Shown here one piece after another: positions 26,101 to 36,853 of a stretch of 64,000 nt of DNA (its first letter is position 1; each line of letters starts with the position of its first letter). Location of the stretch: assembly GCA_905178155.1 (NCBI GenBank), contig CAJINV010000005.1, positions 5,550,279-5,614,278 on the forward strand. Reading direction: 5' to 3'. This DNA is from Amoebophrya sp. A120. Lineage: Eukaryota; Protista; Dinoflagellata. The notes beneath the pieces were generated by a model that was not told the DNA's origin, did no database searches, and saw only the letters and a program-made list of their open reading frames with translations. The translations under genes were made by a program, and so were the position numbers.

Positions 26101-27271
26101 TTCTGGACCAAGTGAAGAGCCAGATGAAGGCCACACGTCTGCGCGAGGGAGACGACGAGGGCGAGGGGCCCTGGGATCACATGCTCTCTAGAAGTCCTTC
26201 AGCGGAGGTCGAGGGAGGCGAGGAAAGTCAAAGTCTTCAGAAGTGGGAAGTGATCGCCGTGGAGCCGTCGTCCTCCGCGTCTTTCGAAGTGATTCTATAC
26301 CGCGAGCAAGACAATTTCTCATCATATAATGGTGGTGCCCCGGAGTTTCTGCTGGCCAAGTTGCAGCTGGTCTTTCTGGAAGACGAGAAGCATGCAAAAA
26401 TGGTGGAACAAATTCAAGCCATTCCGGACCACAAACGGCATTCCGCGGAGTACTTTCTGCAGAATCCGGCTGTGGACTTCACGTCGGGCAGGAACCACAT
26501 GCAGTTTGGGCAGCGTGTGAAACCGACACCGAAGCTATCAAAATGAAAAATCCCCCCACCCCATATCAAAACGAAGTTTGTGATGCTGGATTTGCGTACA
26601 CAAATCCGATTTGTCTTGCTGGAGAGGACTGCAGGCCCATATCAAACCTGAGCAGAGAGGTTTTGGGCTAGGCTCTTAGCAAGAGAAATGTCTGCGCTGT
26701 AGGCCCAACAGCATCACAAATCGCCTGCATGAAGCGGCGGAGCCTGTGGAGTTGCCTTCTTGCAAGACAGAGATGATTTGTGGTCGCAAATCAGCATGGC
26801 AGATTTTCTGCTACGTCGTACCTTTACGATATGGGGAGGGGGCGTTTTTCCTCACAATAGAAGCGAGTTTCTTGCCCGGCACAAAATAAGCGGTACCAAC
26901 TGACTGCGGTGAAACTGGAACTCCAGTGGGAGCTTGGTGCTCTTATGATCCCAGGTAAGAGCAAAGGCGTGTCGGGCCAACATCTGTTTGACAAAGCCGA
27001 ATACTTACAAAGACGGGAGAAGATACAGAACAAGCGGGGTGGGCTGAAGAAAGGCCAGGAGCTGAATTACCCGGCTGCCGATGATGGGATGTTCTGGTCC
27101 GATGCGTTCACTGCGTCATTTGTGGTGACACCTACAACTAGTACTCGTGCGGATTCTTCTAGCGATAAGGTTGTTCGGCCAACTTTCGTAGCACATCAGC
27201 ACCGCACGGCGTCGGACCTCATGCAGATATTTTCGAAAAAGGGGAAGACCGAGCAGCAGTATCGGTATTAG
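23164..27271 (+). CDS. Large hypothetical protein with two introners and one in-frame TAG (24232-24234)
   Basis: ORFs 23164 and 24274 share a frame separated only by TAG; ORFs 24274, 25350 and 26909 join after introner removal. Confidence 0.6.
25070..25321. mobile_element. Introner family A
   Basis: Family-A TIRs; TSD gcacc; join LWRH-RCETD; same 252-bp length as, and very similar to, 41835..42086. Confidence 0.92.
26536..26859. mobile_element. Introner family H (opposite orientation to 17886)
   Basis: Family-H TIRs swapped relative to 17886; TSD gaagc; join TPK-RVSC. Confidence 0.9.
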
Positions 27272-28327
27272 GTCCTCGTTGAAGATCTCTCATGGAACAC
27301 AGACGAAAGTGATCCTTCATTTACCTATAGATACAACTAGGCTACGCGAGTACGAATCAGTATTATAATGCTGATGTTTTTTCCGTACTTCTCCTTAGTG
27401 ATTGAGTAGCACTACAGTACTCCATCCATTTTTTTTTGTTTACAGGCCGCTTCTTCAGGTTTTCTATTTCTATAATCCTTTAAAATGTTGCACAAGCTGC
27501 TTGTGGAGGAGCAGAGGCGACTCTGCTCAATGCAGCACGAAAGCAGAGCCTACTAGTGAGCCCTAAGCAACGCGCTACCGCGCGATTTTGTTGTAAAGGA
27601 AAAGCGGCTCTCCAACAGCTTTGATGTTTTGTTCCCTTTGTTTTGCGGGAAAGAAATCAATGCATGCTTGAGTCGGATGAAAGAAGCTGAGCAGCTTTAT
27701 GTAGTTTTTCTGAAAGATCACTTGACTACATTTTATTGCTGTGGTGAGGCGGGTAGTATTTTGATCGAGGAGATGAAACGACGGACATCATGCAGCCCGT
27801 CCAAATCGTATTTGTAGGGTGCTGGATTGAAGAGCAATCGTGTATGATTTTTTACTTTTTTATCCTGAAGAAGAAGAGCTTGAACTTGTCGTGAAAGAAG
27901 TGATGAGCAGGCAGGAAAATGCCGAGGAAAAATCCATCCGACAATCGAGATGAACAAAATTTAGAAAGTTGCTATTGGAGAAGAAATAGCACTACGCACT
28001 TTACCGCTCGCTTAAGGGCGGCTCTACTACACATGCGCAAACGCAAAGAAACCACGTCTCTACAACCACTGGGTTCGTATGTGCTGAAAGAATACGTGTT
28101 GGGTTTGTAGTTTCATCGTCGTGGACGGACGAGGTAGAATAGACTTACTTTGAGCAGGCTTTTGGTGCTGCAGCGTGAGAATTTAATACCTGTTGATCAG
28201 AGACGAGCGACGAGAGAATAAAAATCTGAGTGTCATGTTCGTTCTAACGCATGTACATGTTCATCACCTGTGAAAAAAGATCAAGATGTGTTTGATCTGA
28301 GTAAAGAAATACAAAACAAAGAAAAAA

Positions 28328-31300
28328 ATGAAGGAGGTTGTCTACGACAACTACCGACCAGACTGGTGGTCTGCGACTACTGCCACAGGAGAACAACAAG
28401 CGACCTCCTCAGCTGGTGGTTCTTCAACATCCGCCTCGGCAACGACCGGAGCAGTACTAGATCCTGCTATCGCCTTGGCGGATCAAGATCCCGACGCGGA
28501 CCTCCCCCGCGATCTGCATCTGTACCTGCATGGCGAGTGGAATTCGGATTTCGACCCGGAGCACAGCCATCTCTACCAAGTTGCGAAAGAGATTTACGCG
28601 CAGCAGCACCAGGAGAATTTGCGAAAAGAATCCTCCAAACCCTCCGCCATAGAAGCGCAGAACAGAACAAAGCGATTGGAACAGGCGGTGGGCGGAACAA
28701 CAGGAACTAGCCCCACAATTTCTGGTCGTGCTACAGAAGACCACGTAGTTGACCATCATGCTACAGATCACGCGAGCTTTGCTCCCGTACAAGTAGCTTC
28801 CGACCCAACCCCACGGCGCACGCCCCAAGTCGCGCCAGCGAAGAGCGCGGCGGCACTGGCGATTGAGTCGCCGCCGGTACCGCCGGGGTTGATGCCGAGT
28901 GGGGACCACGAAAGGGGTTCTTTACCACGACCTTTGAAAAGCTTTGCGCTGACAGCAGATGGGGAGCATGAGCAAGGGGAAGGGGAATCACTACAGGCCG
29001 CACCCAGCGCAACCTCCCCCCTCGCGTCTTCTTTTCAATCTCTGATGCAGGGCTTGGAAAAGGGCCGGGACGCGCTGCTGCAGGGGTTTGCGGAGCTGAA
29101 TGCGGGCGGCGGGGACGAGGACCATGCACAGCACTCACCATCAAACTACTTCTCGAAAAAATCCATTGGAGGTGACTATGGATTGAGCGAGGGGGATCCG
29201 ATCGTGTTAGCGACCGCGATGAGAACGAACCCGGGTGGTGCATCAACTACAACTATGCCTGCTTCTACAACGAAATTAGATTTAGGCAGCACGGTAGATC
29301 AGCAACAAGCACCCGGTCGTCCCCCCGGCGCAACCAGCTTGAGCACGAAACTGTCCACAGCGATAGGGCCGACGCCCTCGGATCTCTCTATGGGGTTCTC
29401 AAACTACGTTACATTCTCAACTGTATACATGAATTTCTAATGCAAGAATAGCACAGGTCAGAGGGAGAGCCTTGCGCGTCTTGCATTACAGATTTGGCGC
29501 GGATTCTAGTGCTATTATTTAGCCCTCCGATAATTTGTCATGCGAAGCAGCTTCATCGTCTGGGCGGCTGGCGGCTCATGGTCATTTTGCATGACAAATC
29601 ATGCAACAGTTGAGATGAGTGTAACGCTTGAGAGCTCCATACTCTCTCGCCACAGAATCCCGACCAGCATCACCGCGGTGTGTTCCCACGCCAGGGAGTC
29701 GGTCGTGTTGTTCGAAAAGCAGGGTAGCTCCTCTCGCACCAGCAGTGGTAGTTCGTCGACATCCTCTTCTACTGTCCCACTATACTGGAGCGCCCCGTCC
29801 TGCATGGAGACCCTGCACTGTCCCGCGACAAAATCGAGGTTCGGAGAAAAAGTCGAAAAAGAGAACAGCGCGGGGTTTGAATTCATCGTGAAAAAGCGAA
29901 CTTCCTCTGCGGAAAGGAAAGGGATTTCGCCCTCGAATCTTGGTGGGGAACTAGATTTCGCCGGGGACAAGGAAAAAAGCTTTCAACTGCGAGATGAAAG
30001 TAATGGTGATCATCAAAACGATAGTACCAGTAGACTCGGCTATGGCGCCTTGGCGCTCAGATCGCGGTCCCCGGATGCTGAAAATGAGGATGAGGGGATA
30101 TTAAACAACTTCTACCCGCCGCTCACCGAAGACGTCCTTCTCTCCCAGCTCCCTCTGCCGGAGCAGAAGCAGCAACGCCTGGTAGCGAATGCAACGCCGC
30201 AGAAGAAGCTCCCCTCCACTTCCAACGCAGTCGTGCACCAAATTACAACGTCGAAGATCAATCCGGAGGACCACTTGGCGAGCAACAGCAGCAAGCTCGC
30301 CTTGTCCGACTTCCCGGTCTACCATGACAAATCGAAACGAAAAACGGTGGTTGTTGCAGACAATTTCGGGTCAGTCCATGAGTTTTTCCTACCGCACCAC
30401 AACGAAGTTAAAAATCCTGTCGCGGATAAACCCGACCCAGATTCATCCGTGGAAATCGGCACGGACAACGATTTCTCCACCACAAGAGGATTTTACACGG
30501 GCGGGAGGATCATGAATTTCGCGCCGAAGTATTTGAAATCGCAGGAGCAATTTTCCCCAAGTTCGAAAATCAAGTACCAGAAAATCTACAAATCCCCCGA
30601 CTGCCTGTACGCTACGGACGCGACCAGGGGATTAGTGGAGCTGGATTTTAACAAAAAGGAGGTGAAGTTTCTAAATTGCGTAGAACGTCGTAGTTGTTGC
30701 AGGCGGCGGGGGCAGGAAGCTGGTGAAAGAACTACCGGGGTGGACGAGCAGGAGCCGATAAAGACCGGGGTGGAGGGGATCCGGATGATTCTCAGCGAGT
30801 ACGACATCGAAGTCGAGGGACACCTGGTGGGACCCTCCTATCTCATGAACAGCGGGATCAAGCTCAGCTTTCCGACCGGGTTCAAGTGCAAGGAGTTGCT
30901 CGAGGCGAAGGAGGCGGTATTCAAAATTCCGAAGGCGAAGGCGGAGTACACGACGTTCCACGATAAGGTGTGCCAGCTCCTGAAAGCGCGCGCCGAGGAG
31001 GCTCTGAAGGGGGTCCGCGATTCCATCGAGCAGGTCCTGGACTACACGAGGAGCATGCAGGAGTTCCTGAGCCGGGCAAGGTATAGCTACTTAGCATTCA
31101 CAGCGTGGTAGCTTCTCGCAGCACCTTCTTGATAATACCGCCCGGCGCTCGGCTCGAAAGACCTAGCGGTCGGCCGGGGCCAGTGCTGGTCGCTGGGTGA
31201 CACAAGCGCGCCGCCTTTCTTAGCAAAAGCCCGCCGACTTTGGCACGGCCTGGGGCGGTCGGGGCTGGTAGCTGTTTCCGTGTGATGGTGATTGGCGCGG

Positions 31301-34300
31301 CGCAGATCAAAAGCCCGTAGGCTTGGCGCCCTGCTTTTGCACCCAGGAAATGCGCATGGGAACGCAGCCGGCGACGCAGCGCGCCCTTTTGTAATCTTTC
31401 AGCCGTTTCATGTGCTTCGATTTTAGTGTGTGCGCTTCTCTTTTCGCTTTGTGTTTCTCTTGCAACTATGGCAAGGGTGGGCAGCCATTCCAATAAAACG
31501 ACAAAAAACAGCAACCGCGCGATCCGGGACAACCTGGAGATCGCACTGCAGGTCTTCGCCAAGGGATCGGACGATTACCAGCGGGCGGCCCGCTGCATAG
31601 CGTATCTCCGGTACACTACGGAAGAGCTCGACGAGGAAGCGATCCAGGCTGGCGAGGAGGCGAAGCTGGAGGCGGCCTATCTCAGGAACAATGTGCCCAC
31701 AAATTACATCTCGCGGCCGCTACTTGCATGCCGGATTCCGTTTTAATGAAAGAGAGCCGTCCTTGTCTCGTTTTGTGGGCCCGTTTTTCCATTGCATAGG
31801 GTGGACACCATCTTTCGGACCGCGTTCGACCGGGTGATGGGGTACGGGTTGTTCTCGGATGCTGGAGTTGCTATGTCCAAGTTGCGGGAGCTGGTGAAGT
31901 ACTCGTTCAAGGACATGCTGAATGACACGGACAAGAAGTTGGAGGAGAGCCTGACTTTGATCGACAAATACACGACCAACGCAACGAAGTTTCTCGATCA
32001 GAATGAGCTGATGTGCCTGACCGCAGTCGCGAAGAACATCACCTCGGCCATCCACCAGAAAAACCGCACCGACCGCGTCGACGACAAGGCCGAGAAGGCG
32101 ACGAAGACCCGGAAGCAGAAGGACGCCGACAAGGCTGCGGTCCCGGCGGCGAAGCGCCAGAAAAACAACGCCGGGGCGGCGCGCATCGCGGCGGCGGCCG
32201 AACTAGCGGAAGACGAGGACAAACACGGGATTAAGGCCGGCGATGACAAGATGTTTGCGGACTTCTTTTCCGACGACTTCGCGCCGTCGCCGAGTGGGAA
32301 GGGGAAGAGCTTGTTCGCGAGCAAGTTGCTCCAGATCAAGAACAAAACGAAGAAATAAATTCAATAGTTCCTAGAAGTTTTCCTTAGATAATTGACGAGC
32401 CCGAAATTGATTCGAATCAAATCAGCAGGCCGCACCTACACAGCAACAGGCGAAGCGCAAAAGGCTTCCACCTAGACAGAGCCCGGAAGGAAAGACCTTC
32501 AAAAATATCTTAGATCGTTGCGGATGAATTTCTGAGGCTCCTACCCAAGCTAGACAAGTCCGGACTTTAGAAAGCCAGGGGCGAAACAACTTGTAAGATG
32601 AACACGGCGAAACCTGTTTTGGTGGTGCTCCGACATGCTCCGTGGCCGGCGACGAAACCTGCAGGCGGGCGTCGTTTCATCTGCGCGCAATGAGGGCGTC
32701 AAAATTTTAAAATCGCTGATATTAATAAGATCATCTTGGGAACTTGGACCTTTTGAGGGCAGGAAGCTGGTGAAATAACTACCGGGGTGGACGAGCAGGA
32801 GGGGATAAGACACGAAATCGGATTCGCCAACGGGATCTGCGCAACGGACCGGCATGTGTTTTTCACGGACAGCATATCCAGGAAGAAACTACACCCAATC
32901 CAGTTTATGCATGACATGCTCATGCATGATTTGCATGACAAATTGGATGTGGATGGGCCTTTTTTTGTGGATACAGCAGCGAGGATATCACGCCGTGGTT
33001 GGTGTATCGAGGGAGAAAAGGTGGAAATAAAGCTGATGGAAGTACTAGCTCGAGTAGTGGAACCCAAACTTCCTCTACGTCAGGAGCAACATCCACTTCC
33101 ACTACCCAAAATAGCAGCACATCATCAACCTCCCTCCACCGCTCCTACGCGATCGAAGAGGCCCTCTCCATGGACATCGCGCGGTGTCAGCCGAAGGGGA
33201 GGCTGTTCTGCTACGACAATGAGACGAAGGAGACGGAACTTTTGAAGTCCGGTCTCTATTGCCCAACAGCGGTAGCCGTCTTGCAGCATCACGGGATAGC
33301 GCAGTCGCCAACAGCGCAGTCGAGAAGTAGCAGTCCAAGCATCCCATTCGCGACACAAGGAGGAACTGCCGTTCTTAACGCTCCTCCTGTGCTAAAAATG
33401 GACCCCCACCATGGGCCCCAGGGGCAGTCGGGGCAGGCCGGGGGGAGTACTGGAACATTATTCCAGTCTCTCGCGCACAATATCAAATGCAAAAATGTCT
33501 GGGTCTGGAAGGATGTAACTTGTGATGTTGCATTTGGATTCTACAAAAATCTGTATTGCATGAACAGCAAAAGAGGCCCAGCTTTTGCGACGGCGAGACG
33601 GCATTTCTCATGCGGTATAGGCATCAGGAAGCCATCACAAAATCTGTGATGCTAGGTCATGCATCACAGACATCAGGAGTCATGCGAAATGTGAATGACA
33701 AACCTTGAATCCTTCCAGACCCAGACATTTTTGCAGTTGATACACAAGATTCACCAGCAAACTGCTTTTCTGTTGATCGCGGAAGCGTCGATATCCAAGC
33801 AAAAAGTGTGTAAGTGTAACTTTTTTGCAGAAACAGCATCACAGATTTGTTTTGCATGACAGAGACGAGAACCTGTGATGCGTAGCTAGTACGCGAAAAC
33901 ACGTATGAAAATTATAGCCTCTGATGCACATCCAGCATGACAAGTGTAACTGTATTGCAACGTCCGCAACATAAAGCTACAGTTACGCGCGTGTTTTCTT
34001 GCATACTCAAAATTGCGGATTGTGAAGTTCAACGTGGTCACGAGAGAGATCGTGTTGGTCATTGCGGACAGATATGAATCGCAAATATGTCCGGGTCTGG
34101 AAGGAAGATGCAAGGTTTGTCATGCTTGTCTGGCATGACTGAAAAGTTTGTAATGCGTGTCCAAGAAGAGAGCCTTTTGCTTGTCATGCAAGCCGCACTG
34201 TTTGTCATGCGGAAAACGCAACACGAAGCCGCGCAAATATTTTTCATGCTTGGCTGTGCATTACGGAGCTCAGCATGACAAGTTTCCAGAGGACCCAGAC

Positions 34301-35494
34301 ATATTTACACTAGATAACAGACTACCCGGCGTTCCGCTGTCCCTGTCGCCGACAATAACGATCGGGAGCACGACGAATAGCAGTAGTGGTGGTGGTGGAA
34401 AAAATCGACCGGCCGGCGCGAACAATTCCTCCCCGAACCATTTCACCTCCGTCTGGGTTTCCTTGGCGCCACACTTGATCGTCGACCGCTCTGCAACGTC
34501 CCCCACCAGCTTATTCAAAACCTTCGTCCCGAACTTTCTCCAGAAGCAAATCACCAGCTCCGCCGGGGGAAGGAGTTTGTTCCACAAAACGTCCAGCACA
34601 ACCCACGCGTCCTCCCCCACGTCCGTTCTATTGCCGTCCGGTGCTAACCCGGTCGTGAGTTTCACGGCAGCAACCGCGACTAGTTTCTTTTCGAAAATGT
34701 CGGAGAAGATTCACCTCCCGGGAGTCACTAGTACAGGATCTACTTCGACGACTGATGGTTTGACCTCTTCTAAAACCTCCTCCCACGGCATTCCGAAGGG
34801 TGTTGCGGTGAAACTCGACGCGCGGAATGGGGACGTGATATGGATTGCAAAGATGTCTGGGTCTGGAAACTTGTAATGCTAAAAGTGAATGATAGACGCA
34901 CTACAATACGCAGCTACGCATGGCAAGCTGCGTTTTTGCATGACAGGTAAGAGGGCCTTTTCGTGCCGACGCAACACAGATTCTCGAGCCATGCCAGACA
35001 AGCATGACAGACTTGCACTCTTCCAGGCCCAGACACATTTGCACTGCATACGTGATCGAGTATTACCATGCGGACTTGTTCGCTATTGGGGCGAAGATGA
35101 CGAACGTGGACGTGCCCGAGGCGGTGAGAGAGCCGGTCACAGAGGAGGACGTCGTGGTGCGGTCAGTGAGGGAAACGACCGACGATGACGGGTGCAGGTT
35201 GTTGATGATCTGTCAGGGCGACAAAGTTGGGAAGTTTTCTTTCAACTTGAACTATGGATTGCAAAACTACCGACCATGGCATTGCTGCACTAGTGGTAAT
35301 TACATTACATTACAACTTTGCTCTGCTTCTGCATGACAAGTGAAATTTGTTATGTTGATTTACCTTACGAAGTAATGCATACACGCAACCACTACGAGTG
35401 CGATACTTTTGCAGAGGATACCAGCGCGAAAATTGAAACGATCCGGAGGGCGGGACTAAGTAAGAACACGGGAGGCGGTGGGGACGGGGAGTAG
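28328..35494 (+). CDS. Strictosidine synthase/APMAP-like beta-propeller protein; 7 introners plus a 2-kb insertion
   Basis: Rejoined motifs in expected order: LYATDATRGLVELDFNKKEVKFL; FANGICA..VFFTDSS; GRLFCYDNETKETELLKSGLYCPTAVAV; FLLIAEASKLRI; IADRLPGVP; VWVSL; GDVIEYYH. Confidence 0.75.
29389..29641. mobile_element. Introner family I
   Basis: tatggggttctcaaa..gttacattctcaactgt / acagttgaga..gtaacgcttgagagctccata; TSD ctctc. Confidence 0.88.
30710..32801 (+). mobile_element. 2-kb insertion bounded by 45-bp direct repeats (30710-30754, 32757-32801)
   Basis: gggcaggaagctggtgaaa[g/t]aactaccggggtggacgagcaggag duplicated; deleting insert plus one repeat gives DEQE-GIRHEIGFANG. Confidence 0.8.
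30755..32358 (+). CDS. 5'-truncated foreign gene fragment inside the insertion (helical, K-rich tail), in frame with the host 5' exons
   Basis: Three GC3-rich coding blocks; GT-AG intron 31081..31511 joins RA-S-NRAIRD; second acceptor ~31799, donor uncertain; TAA at 32356-32358. Confidence 0.6.
32875..32973. mobile_element. Short introner (99 bp, singleton)
   Basis: tatcca..aa / tttgtggata; TSD cagca; join restores conserved FTDSS. Confidence 0.85.
33481..33742. mobile_element. Introner family A
   Basis: Family-A TIRs; TSD cacaa; similar to 7598..7859 (both 262 bp). Confidence 0.92.
33792..34005. mobile_element. Introner family F
   Basis: tatccaagcaaaaagtgtgtaagtgtaac / gttacgcgcgtgttttcttgcata; TSD gtcga/ctcaa; join AEAS-KLRI. 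Confidence 0.8.
34073..34316. mobile_element. Introner family A (reverse orientation)
   Basis: TSD acaga; join IADR-LPGVP. Confidence 0.88.
34839..35050. mobile_element. Introner family A
   Basis: TSD cgtga; join NGDV-IEYYH. Confidence 0.88.
35253..35420. mobile_element. Introner family B (decayed TSD)
   Basis: tatggattgcaaaa / ttttgcagaggata; flanks tgaac/ccagc; removal gives FNLN-AKIETIRR..GE-TAG. Confidence 0.75.
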
Positions 35495-36853
35495 GAAGTT
35501 CACGGAAGACCAGAAGTATTAAGCTGGGTTGTTGCAGGCTTAAGAGATAAAGAAGACCGGAGCTGCTGCATGCTGATTCTACTACATCCCTACTGCAACT
35601 ATAGCTCTCTATGAAAATATATGCAAAAAATAACGCCGAACGAACATCAGCAGAAAGGGATTGAAGCTGCAACTTAGACACAAGTTGTACTAAACTACGG
35701 AGATGATGATAAAACACGCCCTGTTCTCCCCCGTGCTCTCAAATAAAAAGATCAGCTCAGGGTGCTCAGATCGTGCTGCCATATTTAGCGGCATTTTTTT
35801 CTCGGAGCAAACATGTCCTGATTGAAAGGATTTTTACCTTCACCACCTGCGTAAGGAAAGATCTACATAACAAAATAGGATTGTTGCAACTACCACGGAG
35901 GAGACAGATCTCGTTGTATCTTTGACGAACATGTTTATTTGTCAAGTTTTTTTTTCATGTTGATGTTCAGATTTTTGCAGAACTCTCGAACTTTTCGATT
36001 TTTTGCAGAATTCCAATCCAAAAAAAAAAATCATCTTCATTATCATTTGCGAAGATCTCACTATCGACTGACCCAAACTACAAGTGTTATCTCCTGGTGG
36101 ACGTGGTGGACATCAACGCACCCTGCCCGCCCTTGCAAACCCGAGTTGTACGAGTCATGCTAGTATTAACGCCCTGATTTTATTCCTTTGACGACAAATC
36201 TCCTTCTGCAGTCAAGATACGATAGAATTTCAATTTCTTGTTTTGATGGCACATTGCTGTCTGTCTGTGTTTTCCATTTAGGCCAAATACCAAGGTGGTT
36301 GACCTTTCAATAGCTTCACGACCTGTAGTGCCTTCTATCGAAGACAATTAAGCAAAAAAAAATAGCTCTGGTTTTGATGGTATCTATTGGTATTGCTGTA
36401 TGTATAATCTAAATTACGTTGTTCAGAGCGCTTTTTAGGCACTCCTAATATTCCACCAAAATTTATTAAAGCAGCAACTTTGATGTCTAGCTTGTCTGGA
36501 GTGTAGCTGTTGGTGGCAGAGAAAGAGTTGCCGCACCTCGCACTGAACGGCGTTGTTATTTGGAGGAGCACACGACAACACACCCGCTTTTCCTGTTTCA
36601 TCATTTTGTTTCTATCCGAAATTTTACTTGTTTGATTTTGTGCAAGACGACCTGATTATTGACGGAGATTTTTCTATGTTTCCCGTCCTTATTTGTTGAT
36701 ACACAGACACATAGTTGCACGCTCGTAAGCAGCTGCACACATCCCTAAATACAACGTTCCCGTTTCGATACTTGAGTTCTACAACTTTTTCGCCCCATAA
36801 TTCATTCCTGTTCTTGTGTGCAGTGCTTCATTGTTCAGATTTTTTGAAAATAA

